Positions 1 to 12,477 of a DNA stretch of 64,000 bases are shown here, piece after piece. Under the pieces are notes generated by a model. The model was given only the letters and a program-made list of their open reading frames with translations, made no database searches and was not told the DNA's origin. The translations under genes and the position numbers were made by a program. The stretch comes from Antedon mediterranea (Eukaryota; Animalia; Echinodermata), in NCBI RefSeq assembly GCF_964355755.1, contig NC_092673.1, positions 31,865,648 to 31,929,647 on the forward strand, given 5' to 3'. Position 1 is the stretch's first letter, and each line of letters starts with the position of its first letter.

Positions 1-106
1 AGGCAATTCAGATATCACCGAACAGTTTTGTTCACCATCTAATATGACTTAGGAATATATGAATAAATATAAAACAATTCTCTATGACTTCTTTGATATT
101 TCACAG

Positions 107-1354
107 ATGACAGGTTGATGGATTCGGAAGAGGAAGAGGAGATAATTGAGAAAAGAAGAAAAAGTTTGAAAGGTACATGCGGGAATATGGGCTGTTTGTG
201 TTTTAAATGTGGCTAAATATTTTTAATCAAACCTTTAGTTAATTTTTTGTCTAGAGTATGAGCGACTCCACTACTACAATAAAGTACCTATAAACGTCGG
301 ACCCCGTCAATCCAGATCTTTGTTCTTGGTTTCTATTAATCGATTTTTAGGGAAATGCAAATATGAAAAAGTAACCCTTAGCTTTATAAATGTTTTTTGC
401 TCGAAATGTTCTGAATTGTCAGTTAAGAAAATATGATGTATTGTTTAAATTGTTAACCTCTCTTAATTGCACTAAAAAAATGTAATTAACTAACATATTT
501 TTCATTGCAAGTGAGCAAAATGATGAAAAGAAAATGCTTTTATTTACAGGGAGAATGTACACAAAATGGAAAACAAAAGATGAAAGAAACTTAAAGAAAC
601 ACTTCAATGACATAATAATTGGTACAGCAAATAAGACTATACCTTGTGAGTAATGATTTTTCTGAATTATTTAGTACAGTAAATCCTATGTAACAGTAGT
701 ATTTAACTGTTATTGATAATTAAATCCCTTGTGTACAGTTAATACTTTTATTCTGTTTTTATAGATATCATTTAAGGCCAAAAAATGTATATTTATCATT
801 TCTGACTGCTTCCTTTTAGATGTCACTTTTAAATATGGAGAGGAAAAGCATTTTTGTATCGATGGCGATTTAGTGCCAATTTCTAACAACTAGATGGTAC
901 GCTTGCTTCGCTCGCGTACCATCTAGCATCATGTCTATGCTGCCAATCAGCTTGATCGGCGCTTTCTCGTCTGTCCACGACAGTGGCTGTATGAACTGGT
1001 ACACCAGGTGTAACCCCCCTACTTGTCTTCGAAATATGTACTAGGTTCAGCAGTGTGTGTACACTGGACCTACGCTTTATAGTCCTTATGCGAGAAGAAA
1101 AAAAAAACAGGGCATACTCTTTTCAAAAAGTTTGGATGTTTTTTTTTCATGTAATAACACATAATAAACCATCAATTAATAATTAGAGATATTATTATTG
1201 TTTTTTTTTTTGTATTGTAGCTAAGAATGAAGCTTTGACATTTTTAAACAAATATATGCTGCATGAGAGCTATCCATGGAAGACCGTAAGATCAAAAGTT
1301 ATGAATGAACGAGTAAAGAGGCAAAAACAAATTAAAGAAAGAATGGAGATGTGA
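107..1354 (+). CDS. 3' exons (107-172, 550-645, 1221-1354) of a spliced gene ending in a SANT/Myb-like helical domain; 5' part lies outside the window
   Basis: Canonical AG/GT junctions, all phase 1, join into one frame: DRLMDSEEEEEIIEKRRKSLKG-RMYTKWKTKDERNLKKHFNDIIIGTANKTIP-SKNEALTFLNKYMLHESYPWKTVRSKVMNERVKRQKQIKERMEM*. The W...F...P...W spacing is Myb-like. Confidence 0.65.
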
Positions 1355-1469
1355 GATGTCATAAAAAATCAATGTATTAACAATTTGCAAATTGTTAATA
1401 TATTGATGTAGCAGTCCAAATACATTGCATGCTAATATCAGCTCTATTAACAATTTTCTTAAAGATGTA

Positions 1470-2850
1470 TTGTTGATAATAGTAGGCAATTTATTGAGAC
1501 TGCAATGTGTTAACAATTTACCTAATGGCACAAGATTTGATTCTGATTCAATTATATAATTGCTGTATTACAATTTCCTGTAATATTGATAATAGTATGC
1601 AATTTATTGAGACTGCAATGTGTTAACAATTTGCCTAATGGCACAAGATTTGATTCTGATTCAATTATATAATTGCTGTATTACAATTTCCTGTAATATT
1701 GATAATAGTATGCAATTTATTGAGACTGCAATGTGTTAACAATTTGCCTAATGGCACAAGATTTGATTCTGATTAAATTATATAATTGCTGTATTACAAT
1801 TTCCTGTATTGTTGATAATAGTATGCAATTTATTGAGACTGCAATGTGTTAACAATTTGCCTAATGGCACAAGATTTGATTCTGATTAAATTATATAATT
1901 GCTGTAATACAATTTCCTGTAATATTGATAATAGTATGCAATTTATTGAGACTGCAATGTGTTAACAATTTGCCTAATGTCACAAAATTTGATTCTGATT
2001 AAATTATATAATTGCGGTATTACAATTTCCTGTAATATTGATAATAGTATGCAATTTATTGAGACTGCAATGTGTTAACAATTTGCCTAATGGCACAAGA
2101 TTTGATTCTGATTAAATTATATAATTGCTGTATTACAATTTCCTGTAATATTGATAATAGTATGCAATTTATTGAGACTGCAATGTGTTAACAATTTGCC
2201 TAATGGCACAAGATTTGATTCTGATTAAATTATATAATTGCTGTATTACAATTTCCTGTAATATTGATAATAGTATGCAATTTATTGAGACTGCAATGTG
2301 TTAACAATTTACCTAATGGCACAAGATTTGATTCTGATTAAATTATATAATTGCTGTATTACAATTTCCTGTAATATTGATAATAGTATGCAATTTATTG
2401 AGACTGCAATGTGTTAACAATTTGCCTAATGGCACAAAATTTGATTCTGATTAAATTATATAATTGCTGTATTACAATTTCCTGTAATATTGATAATAGT
2501 ATGCAATTTATTGAGACTGCAATGTGTTAACAATTTGCCTAATGGCACAAGATTTGATTCTGATTAAATTATATAACTGCTGTAATACAATTTCCTGTAA
2601 TATTGATAATAGTATGCAATTTATTGAGACTGCAATGTGGTAACAATTTGCCTAATGGCACAAGATTTGATTCTGATTAAATTATATAATTGCGGTATTA
2701 CAATTTCCTGTAATATTGATAATAGTATGCAATTTATTGAGACTGCAATGTGGTAACAATTTGCCTAATGGCACAAGATTTGATTCTGATTAAATTATAT
2801 ATTTGCTGTATTACAATTTCCTGTAATATTGATAATAATATGCAATTTAT
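1470..2850. repeat. 113-bp tandem repeat, ~12 near-identical copies
   Basis: GAGACTGCAATGTG recurs at 1496, 1609, 1722, 1835 ... 2739 (period 113). Confidence 0.95.
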
Positions 2851-3938
2851 TTTTATCTGTACATAATTGTATATGTAATGCTTGCATAAATGATTTTTAT
2901 TTATTTTTTTTTGACGCAACTTTTATGAAATTGATTGCCGCCGATGTACATCGTATATGTCAATAAAATATTATTACTATAGCATGCAATTTATTGAGAC
3001 TTGCTACACTATAATTACTGTGTACTCTATGTATACATTATTTTATTTAATGTGAAAACAGTATCAATTACTTTGTTTGTACAATCTTCACCTTACAAGC
3101 TAAAATTGTTTCAAAGTTTAGATATTCTGTTAAATTGAATAGGTTTGGCATTTGGACTCTTAATAAATCTATCTTAAAGAAATTGCGAATTTGTTGAACT
3201 TCTTTATTTTGAGTAAGTTTGTTGCTTGATCTAATTCATTCGGGCTGGTTTAACTTTCAGCTAGGTTACAAAGCGAAATAAAGTGTTCTTTTTATTTAAA
3301 AAAATTGAATTTTTATTTTGAATACTGTATTATAACACATTTATATTTTTAGTAGAATTGTCTGAAGATGATCTTTACAAAGCATTTTTAACAATTTGTA
3401 CCATATTTTAACACCTTGATATTAATCGTGTTGTAGATTTTCATTTCGAGGGTTAATTATTGTTAGCATTTTATGCCCCCACCCTCTTAAAAACCCTTCT
3501 GAACAATTAACAAAAAACATTTTTTTATTCATCAATTTAACATTGGTATGTTTTTTTCTATCAATAATAATAATTGGAATGGTTTTAATGAGCTTTGTAC
3601 TGGTATTGTTGACTTTGCACTATTTTTGCACTGTTTAATCTGTAAATAAGACATTTTTATACTGTAATATGTTATGTACACTGTCAAGTCTCCCAAATGT
3701 ACATTTTAGAGTTTGAAAAACAGTTGGGAGACAAAAATAACAACTTAAAACATATATATCTTACAGTTTAATTGTTATTATAATTTTTTTTGTTTTTAAA
3801 TATGTAGTAACATGCCTTTAATGAAATAAAATGAAAGGGTGTATGTAAAATATATGTCAAAGTATAATAATCAGCCATTTTGTCATTGTCTCCCAAATAT
3901 ACAAAAAAATAGCATGTCTCCCAAAGTGTTAATTTAGT

Positions 3939-3940
<2 letters not shown>

Positions 3941-3984
<44 letters not shown>
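3941..3984. repeat. (TA)22 microsatellite
   Basis: Read directly from the sequence. Confidence 0.95.
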
Positions 3985-3987
<3 letters not shown>

Positions 3988-4406
3988 GACTCTGTTTTAA
4001 ACAAAATTATAACAAATACATATCAAGAATGGTATTTGTGTTTTGTATTTTTTAATCGGCATATTATGAAAATATTAATAAATTCAAAATATTTAGTCAT
4101 TAGGCTTTCTTATTGAAGGAATAACCTTGAGTAGACTATTATAGATTTCTTAATATAGTACGTATGCCATATAATAATTGTTTTCCAGTATATCACTGGA
4201 TAGTTTAAAAATTGTGCAATTATAAATTAAATAAACATAAATTAAATAAACATTAAATCCGGTGATATATGCCTACAGGAAATTATACTATTTGTTTAAA
4301 CGGTACGATATAAGGATATTTACAGTTTTTCTTACCATATGTTTGTTAACGTCATCAGATATAACAATCTTGGGCCTGTTTCTGATGCCAACTGCTCAAA
4401 ATACGG

Positions 4407-6507
4407 GGGTCAGTCTAATTACCGAAAACAACCGAAAATAGCCGAAAACAACCGAAAACAACCACAAACAACCGAAAACAACCGTAAACAACCGAAAACA
4501 AACCGAAAACAAACCGAACAAAAAATTAAAAAAATCTAAATACCGAAAACAAATTTTGTATAATATTTTTTTTAATGTCGCCTTCTGTTGATGGGTGTTT
4601 CTAAAGCTAAGACCATACAGAGGCGCAAAAGTCATGGAAGACCCTAATAAATGGTAGTGTGCACAAAATACAACTCAAAATCGTACAAATTCAATGAAAT
4701 ACACCGTAGATTACATTTACTTACAAAATCTATAAACACATTTCGTTTTTAGTCTTTTAAAAAACAAAGCATGATTTTACCTAACTTTGCGTTTTCGTCC
4801 CCGGTTTTCGCGGTCAGTCTAATTACCGAAAACAACCGAAAATAACCGAAAACAACCATAAACAACCGAAAACAACCACAAACAACCGAAAACAACCATA
4901 AACAACCAAAAACAACCATAAACAACCGAAAACGAACCGAAAACAAACCGAAAACAACATAAAATAATCTAAATACCGAAAACAAATTTGTATAATATTT
5001 TTTAAATGTCGCCCTCTATTGATGGGTGTTTCTAAATCTACTAAGACCATAACAGAGACAAAAAACCGCGCGCGCAAAAGCCAAGGAAGACCCTACGATG
5101 ACAGTGTGCACAAAATACAACTAAAAATCGTACAATCAATCAATTGATAACATCGCATTTACTTACAGAATCTATAAAAATATTTTAATTTTAGTCTTTC
5201 GATTTTTGATCCAGAAACCAGCGCATTACTCCTTACAATAATTATGAATATGTTAATCCATAGTATAGAAAGTAAATTGACTATGGTTAATCATGATCAA
5301 TTTAATTATAGATTTTCAAAGATAAATTATACAAAGATACTAGGGACTATAAAGTATACTTAAAAGAAGCTCACTATAAAGGATTCACAATAAAATCTAT
5401 TCAGTAAAATTACTGTAGTCGAGTAAATAACGTTTTTATCCTTATCGCTTCAGTATTCACTTAAGTGACGAAACCGGGGACGAAAACGCAAAGTTAGGTA
5501 AAATCATGCTTTGTTTTTGAAAAGACTAAAAACGAAATGTGTTTATAGATTTTGTAAGTAAATGTAGTCTACGGTGTATTTCATTGAATTTGTACGATTT
5601 TTAGTTGTATTTTGTGCACACTACCATTTCGTAGGGTCTTCCATGATTTTTGCGCCTCTGTGTATGGTCTTAGCTTTAGAAACACCCATCAATAGAGGGC
5701 GACATTAAAAAAAATATTATACAAAATTTGTTTTCGGTATTTAGATTTTTTAAATTTTGTTTTCGGTTTGTTTTCGGTTTGTTTTCGGTTGTTTACGGTT
5801 GTTTTCGGTTGTTTATGGTTGTTTTCGGTTGTTTTCGGTTATTTTCGGTTGTTTTCGGTAATTAGACTGACCCCCGGTTTTCGTCACTTTATTAAGTGAA
5901 TACTGAAGCGATTAAGGATAAAAACGTTATTTACTCGACTACAGTAATTTTACTGAATAGATTTTATTGTGAATCCTTTATAGTGAGCTTGTTTTAAGTA
6001 TACTTTATAGTCCCTAGTATTTTTGTATAATTATCTGTGAAAATCTATAATTAAATCGATCATGATTAACCATAGTCAATTTACTTCTATACTATGGATT
6101 AACATATTCACAATTATTGTAAGGAGTAATGCGCTGGTTTCTGGATCAAAAATCGAAAGACTAAAATTTAAATATTTTTATAGATTCTGTAAGTAAATGC
6201 GATGTTATCATTGATTGATTGCACGATTTTTAGTTGTATTTTGTGCACACTACCATCGTAGGGTCTTCCTTGGCTTTTGCGCGCGCGGTTTTGTCTCTGT
6301 TATGGTCTTAGATTTAGAAACACCCATCAATAGAGGGCGACAATTAAAAAATATTATACAAATTTGTTTTCGGTATTTAGATTATTTTATTTTGTTTTCG
6401 GTTTGTTTTCGGTTGTTTATGGTTGCTTTTGGTTGTTTGTGGTTGTTTTCGGTTGTTCAGGGTTGTTTTCGGTTATTTTCGGTTGTTTTCGGTAATTAGA
6501 CTGACCG
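4407..6507. mobile_element. MULE/foldback-type MITE (outer copy) with 9-bp TSD
   Basis: TIRs (G/C)GGTCAGTCTAATTACCG followed by tandem AAAACAACCG units. TSD AAAATACGG at 4398-4406 and 6508-6516. Confidence 0.85.
4811..5873. mobile_element. Second copy of the same MULE MITE inserted in inverted orientation inside the first
   Basis: Same TIRs (CGGTCAGTC...GACTGACCC). 10-bp TSD CCGGTTTTCG at 4801-4810 and 5874-5883. Its interior is the reverse complement of the outer copy. Confidence 0.85.
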
Positions 6508-7292
6508 AAAATACGGTATAAAAATACGGTATAAAATACGGTATTTTTTATACCGTATTTTTTAGTACCCCGTTTCTGCTAACAATACTTCTTCGGTGGT
6601 CGTGTTAAATTTCATCTTTTTTACCCAAATTGCCATTCATTTATTTGGTCGATAATTAAAGGAAGATTTACGTCTCACTTTCAACAGCCTAGCCCTAGTG
6701 ATAGAGATGTTGTGAGAGCACAGAAAACATCGTAATGGGGACAATTAATTCGTTCCTTCCCCGAGTTATTGTATTTTGCAATGTTGTACTGCTTTCACAG
6801 GCTCTTCAGCTTTGAGTTTACTTGCTTTGGAGACAAGTCTATTCCATACTCCTGCTTTATTTTTTAGAAATGTCGTTATAAATGTGGTTGTCCCTTTTAT
6901 AACCTTTTAGTTGGCCAGACAATTTAGCTTCCCCACACAAATTTATTTAGTAAAACTGTGACGTCTTCGCTCCACATTTTTGCCGAATATATATATACAC
7001 GTGTGTAAAACAGCTGACAGCGACAGAAAATAAAAACACGAATGTTGACCTTTTGTCATGTAAAAAAAAAATACGGCATTTTTTATTGGCAGCAGAAACG
7101 GGCACAAAAAATACGGTATAAATTTGTAAATACCGTATTTTATCCACAGATTTTGTGGGGAAAATACGGTATACAAAATACGGTATATTTTTTATGAGCG
7201 CAGTTTCTGCTGCCAAAAATATACCGTATATATACGGTATTTAAAAAATACCGTATAGTATACGGTATTTAGTTGGCAGCAGAAACAGGGCC

Positions 7293-8088
7293 ACATTTCA
7301 GCATCTTGATGTACCTCCTTTTAGACTGAACATTTCCGAATATTTTGTTTCTGTTTCAGGACCGCGAATCTGGAATGATCTTGATGATAAACTAAAGCAT
7401 TTTAAATCTCTTTATACTTTTCGTAAATATTTAAAAAAATATCTTATTTCTTGTTTGTTGAATCCTTTGACGAATGCTAACAAAGGAAAAAAGTTTATAA
7501 ATACATTTGAAGTTCTTAAAATTAGTACTACTTTATTTTGCTATTTGTAATAAAAACGCAAAATAATCCACCGATGTGTAATGATTTGGAGATAATACAT
7601 TGAAATTGTATTCTCCTGAAAGGAAAACATATCTTATCCACACAAGTACTATTTACGTATCGACAATAAATTTCAGCATCTTGATGTACCTCCTTTTAGA
7701 CTGAAAATTTTCGAATATTTGGTTTCTGTTTCAGGACCGCGAATCTGGAATGATCTTGATGATAAACTAAAGCATTTTAAATCTCTTTATACTTTTCGTA
7801 AATATTTTTAAAAATATCTTCTTTCTTTATACTAATTCTAATATTATTATGATTGTAGTACACTGAAAGTATCTATTTTTATTTCATCGATTTTGTTTTT
7901 ATTTATTATTTTATGTAGTAAATTGTATTAGTTTAAATGTATGTGTAAGAAACTTCTTTTCTTCTAGAGAAGACCCCAAATGATGGCTTATTACTATGTT
8001 TTTATTTATGTACACACCTATAATTATAATTATACTGTATAATGCCATTGTTGAATAAATAAATGTTTTTTGAACTTGAACTTGAACT
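7293..8088 (+). mobile_element. Two tandem 3'-end fragments of an L2/Crack-type LINE (7293-7460; ~7670-8088 with tail)
   Basis: Encodes HLDVPPFRLNISEYFVSVSGPRIWNDLDDKLKHFKSLYTFRKYLKKYL, a typical LINE ORF2 C-terminus. The second copy ends AATAAATAAA...(TTGAAC)3. Confidence 0.75.
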
Positions 8089-8166
8089 GTCAATAAACTA
8101 TCCTGTTGTATGGGAGCATAGATAAGCACAAACAAAAATACAGTTTTTTTTTAATGGTTTGATTTT

Positions 8167-8293
8167 ACGGACAACCAAGTAGTACGGACAACCAAGTAGT
8201 ACGGACAACCAAGTAGTACGGACAACCAAGTAGTACGGACAACCAAGTAGTACGGACAACCAAGTAGTACGGACAACCAAGTAGTACGGACAA
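8167..8293. repeat. 17-bp perfect tandem repeat (ACGGACAACCAAGTAGT) x7.5
   Basis: Read directly from the sequence; no spacers. Confidence 0.95.
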
Positions 8294-8551
8294 GTAATTT
8301 TTGACAGTAAATCTGTCTTTGATTTGAAATTATACATTAGTTTGTATACAATATACTCTCTAATAAATAATGTACATACCCTATTCATAAAACCGACAAA
8401 ATAAATAATCAATATTTTGTATTTACATAACTAATTTGTAATTTAAAGCTAAGCCAATCTAATAATTATTGTTTCAGGCATACATAAATAAAAATAAATT
8501 AATTACAATTTGAAATGGATGGTAACTTACCCTTTGAATGGTGTGGACGGT

Positions 8552-9230
8552 CTAAATGTTTGTTTTGTGCTTGCTGTACGTTTCTGAATCTTCGGATGAC
8601 GATGACGTTGTCTTTTGATGACATATTAGTCCAACCAACGAATTGTCCATTAATGGTACAAAATGATTGGGCATCCAGATTTTTTTTGCAGAAGAACGTA
8701 AAGATGTGCTCCGGCGGTCCACATAATATAAATTGGGTGAAGTGTACGATGAGATTCTTCACGTGGATAAAATGTTCTGTTTAATATTCTGTGAATTCGG
8801 TCAGTTACACCATTGTACGGCGGGTAAACTGAAATTAGTTCTTGACCGATAACACTCGATAATGCCTGCATTTGCCAAGCGGATGAGTAACCACTTTTAT
8901 GGCCACAGTCGAGACACGAATGTTTGTAATCTGGACTAGCTAATGCGATTTTGGAATACTGATGCATGTCCTTATAAAATGTTTCATTTTGAACCATGTC
9001 AATGAATGTTCTTACACGGAGTTCCATTGCTTGTAACGGATTTCCCGTTAATGAAACGGAAACATCATTAAAGAGACACCTACCATCTCCCGCAACAGAC
9101 ATAGGTATCAAATTTGTTCCTCCACATTTACTTATTATCGCTGTTGAAACTTTATCGATAATGTACTGGCCACATGGAGAGAAATCGGGTAAATGAAATG
9201 GATCATTACGTATAGAAACAACTTTTCTAT
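8552..9230 (-). pseudogene. Vertnin-like OTU cysteine-protease domain, frameshifted and 5'-truncated
   Basis: Contains GDGRCLF (Cys box), ELRVRT, ALSSVIG..ISVYP, LNRTFYPR and PIYIMWT. The His box IWMPNHFVPL is in another frame, with the shift at or before the T-run near 8680. Confidence 0.75.
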
Positions 9231-9334
9231 TTCTGCAATTTTCTTAATTTCGATTGCTGTGGTAATTGCTTCTTGGATGCGGGTTATCGAGGCATAAAAG
9301 TCAAAATGTCCAAAGGGACTACAACATTGCTTGC

Positions 9335-12300
9335 ATGAGTAATCCAGCGGTGAATCGCCCAGAGATCTTAAATTATCTTCTGTTAAATGTTCGCAGTGTA
9401 TGTGAAACCAACGGCGGCAATAGTCACAATGAACGGAATTTTTCTTACTATATTATATATTAAGTGTAGTCTTTCTATGTAGGATTTTCCCAAGTACTGT
9501 AGTAAACTTTCCAACCAGGAAGGGTGCAATTCTTGATAAAGTTTTTATGAACTATCCAGATATAAATACTGCACCCAAACCGCAAACGACTAGCCCCACT
9601 AGGACGCAGTGATCACAACGACATCCTAAAACAGAAGTCCCGCGAAATATGTGTCATAAAAATTAAAACTCAACCGTACCGTGACGGCTCTGTAAGATGT
9701 TTCGGACAGTGGGTTACAGCATATGAATGGGATAACGTGTACAATATAGTTGATGCTGAGTCAAAAACCGACGAGTTTATCTCTCTGCTAAATGGAGCAT
9801 ACTCCGACAAGTTTCCAGTTATTACTAAGCGTGTGAGAGAAGCAGATCGACCATGGATGACATCTAAAGTTCGGAATCTACTAGATGCTCGACAGAAATC
9901 GTATGAAAAGCATGGTAAAACGCAGGAATGGAGGAATCTCCGTAACATGGTGCAAGCTGGAATTAGAGAAGCCAAACAGTCGTATTATCGTAATTCCCTA
10001 AAGAATCTAAAGTCTAACAATGCAGCCAAATGGCATAAGAGGGTTAAACAACTCTGTAACATGAAAAAACATACTACATTTAGTATGCCTGGCCATTCCG
10101 ATGAAGATATTGCGGAGAACATTAACAGCCATTTCTCCAGTATTTGCACTAAGTTAACACCATTAGATATTAAAACGTTGCCTGCTTATTTGCCAGCAAA
10201 TGATAAACCCCCATATATTTTTGTCGGGCAAGTAAAAGCATTACTTAGCAAATTAGTTCCAAGAAAGGCAGGTCACCCCGATGACCTACCTGCACGGTTA
10301 ATTAGAGACTTTGCCCCTGAATTAGCTCCACCAATTGCTGATATTTTTAATTGTGGCCTTAAAGAAGGAACATTCCCTAGCGCCTGGAAAAAAGCAACCG
10401 CCATTCCAATTCCTAAGGTTAAAGGGGGATTCTGGGTTTAAAATTGCTTTTAAATATCGTTTATTTATTAAATAAAAAATATTATAACAATATAGACATG
10501 TCAGAATGAAGAAGTAATAACGAGAAATTAAAAAAATTAAATTTCATATACATTTTAGGGTAAATTCATGGAAAGTCTGTTTTTCAGCAGCTTAGGGAAG
10601 CTCATTAATATTCATGAGATATACACAAAATCACGTCATCAGTGGATTCCAAACTCGCGACGTCAAGCTTGTACGTTGTTCTCTCTCCTCTGTCAAACGA
10701 CGACCACCCGATCATTGTGAAATACATTTTTTGTAGATTTGCTAAGCTAGGTCTAAAGTGTAATAATAACAGTAGTAGCATATATTTATTTGACATTTAA
10801 TGAAATACAAAATTTAGTACAGATTACGGAGTCATAAATTATACTATTTTTATACCTCGAATTAATAGTACAGATCGTATATCGGCTTCACGTACTAGGC
10901 TAGGCCTAGCCTAAATCATTTTATTCATGCCGGGGTGAGAGCCATTTCTGACTAGGGATTCCATACCACGATGGCTACGTTAAAACATTTGGGCCATCAT
11001 TCATGGGCCTAGCCTAGCTAGCCTATTACTAAACGATTGGCCCATAAATAACAAAACTCAGTCACGATTCCAAACCCATCCTATTAACCAAACTCCTAAA
11101 CAATCTAAACCTAAAACGTTCTACAAAAATCGGCTGTAAATATTGAGGCAAAACAAGGTCCGATCGCCGTCCGCACGTATGGTGTCCCGATCGTCTAATA
11201 AGTAGGCCTAGTTTACTCTCCAAAAAAGCGGATACTGCATCAAGCAAGTAGACCGGTATTAGGAAGGAGACCTAGCCTAGCCTAGCCGATCCGGCCCAGT
11301 TAAAAATTGAGCTAGCTAGTGTAGTAGACCCTATGCGAATTGATACTACCAGGCCTTTTACTATAGGCTACACTTGTTAAAATTAGCAATACTGCTGTAC
11401 TTATGTCCCGACTTATGTTTACAAATATTCCAACTCTCTCATTCGAGCTATATTATCTATACCATTCCGGTAGGTTGAGTCGACCTTCGATCAAATACTG
11501 TACATCGTTCATGTTGTGATTATAGACGGGGAATACTCGACCCGACCAGTTTGGTATTGTATACTGTATCTGCTTATCACGTGACGATGCCAGGCATGGG
11601 CAGAGAGAGCACGTGTATCGTCGTCTCGCTCTCTCCTCGCTCAGCAGGAATGTATACGTTACGCTTCATTGATTTTGAAGGCTTTCCCTAAGTCAGTGCG
11701 AAAATCGGCAAACGTAAAGTGCAAACTTATCTAATTTTTCACTGTTTTGATGGATTTTCATAGAAAATTGACTTTATAAATGGGAAGACCGACTAAAATT
11801 ACATCAGATAAGTATAATTTTACAAAAGTAATTGATATGGTTAATGATAACGAGTCGTCGGAAGATTGACCATTTCACGAATTTCCTATTCTGTAACCAC
11901 AGTGTGATTTTGCCGTAGCTGCACTTGTAATCTGGCCTCATTTCACAGCCTTCGTTCTGCTTCACTAGGCGCTTATATAAATTGAAACTTTTACCGTTCA
12001 AGAGACAAACAAATATATTTTACATTTTTTACTATTCATTTTAAACCCGGAACCCCCCTTTAATAGTGTTAAATCACTTAACAACTTAAGGCCGATTTCC
12101 CTTACCCCCATACTAGCCAGAGTCTTTGAATCGTTTTTAGTTAAGTGGATCGTCGAGAATATAAATATTAGCTTAGATTTTAGACAATTTGGAAGTAGGA
12201 AGAAATCATCGACCTCCCATTATCTTATAAGCTTAATTGACTCGGTGCTCAAAGATCTTGAGTGTAGTGGAACTTACGTTAATCTGTATGCAATTGATTT

Positions 12301-12477
12301 CACCAAAGCTTTTTGACCTTGTTGACCACTCCATTTTTATAAAGAAGTTAATCGACATCGGGGTGAGGTCGTCTATAATTCCCATCATCTGCAGCTTCCT
12401 CACCGATCGCACCCATGAATACCAAATATACTGGATGTACATCTACTTCTAGTAAGATAATCTGTGGCGTCCCGCAG
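9335..12477 (+). mobile_element. Decayed CR1/L2-group LINE ORF2 (APE remnant + RT), split by a Kolobok insertion
   Basis: Motifs LLLNVRS, PTRKGAILD, LGRSDH, PWMT and KAGHPDDLP. Removing 10423-12063 restores IPKVNSVKSLNNLRPISLT...QFG...IDFTKAFDLVDH...GVPQ. Confidence 0.85.
10423..12059. mobile_element. Non-autonomous Kolobok-type DNA transposon, TTAA TSD
   Basis: TTAA|AGGGGGATTCTGGGTTTAAA ... TTTAAACCCGGAACCCCCCT|TTAA. RR..YY termini. Its removal restores the LINE frame. Confidence 0.8.

Larger units (their letters stand above)
4372..7292 (-). mobile_element. Non-autonomous PIF/Harbinger-like element with Myb/SANT (trihelix) ORF remnant, copy 1, interrupted by MULE insertions
   Basis: Termini GGGCCTGTTTCTGATGCCAAC / GTTGGCAGCAGAAACAGGGCC. 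Many AATACGGTA subrepeats. After removing 4407-6516 it is colinear with 15252-16052. No clear TSD. Confidence 0.7.

Noticed and set aside
1470-2850. Regularly spaced repeats as CRISPR or a coding repeat
   Set aside because: Whole 113-bp units are duplicated with no unique spacers, the period is not a multiple of 3, and there is no long ORF.
4339-6499. ORFs 4339-4539, 4396-4635, 4749-4985, 4823-5077 and 6215-6499
   Set aside because: Translations of the AAAACAACCG subrepeats in MULE TIRs.
8167-8293. CRISPR-like short repeat array
   Set aside because: Contiguous 17-bp units with no spacers, no cas genes, and a eukaryotic context.
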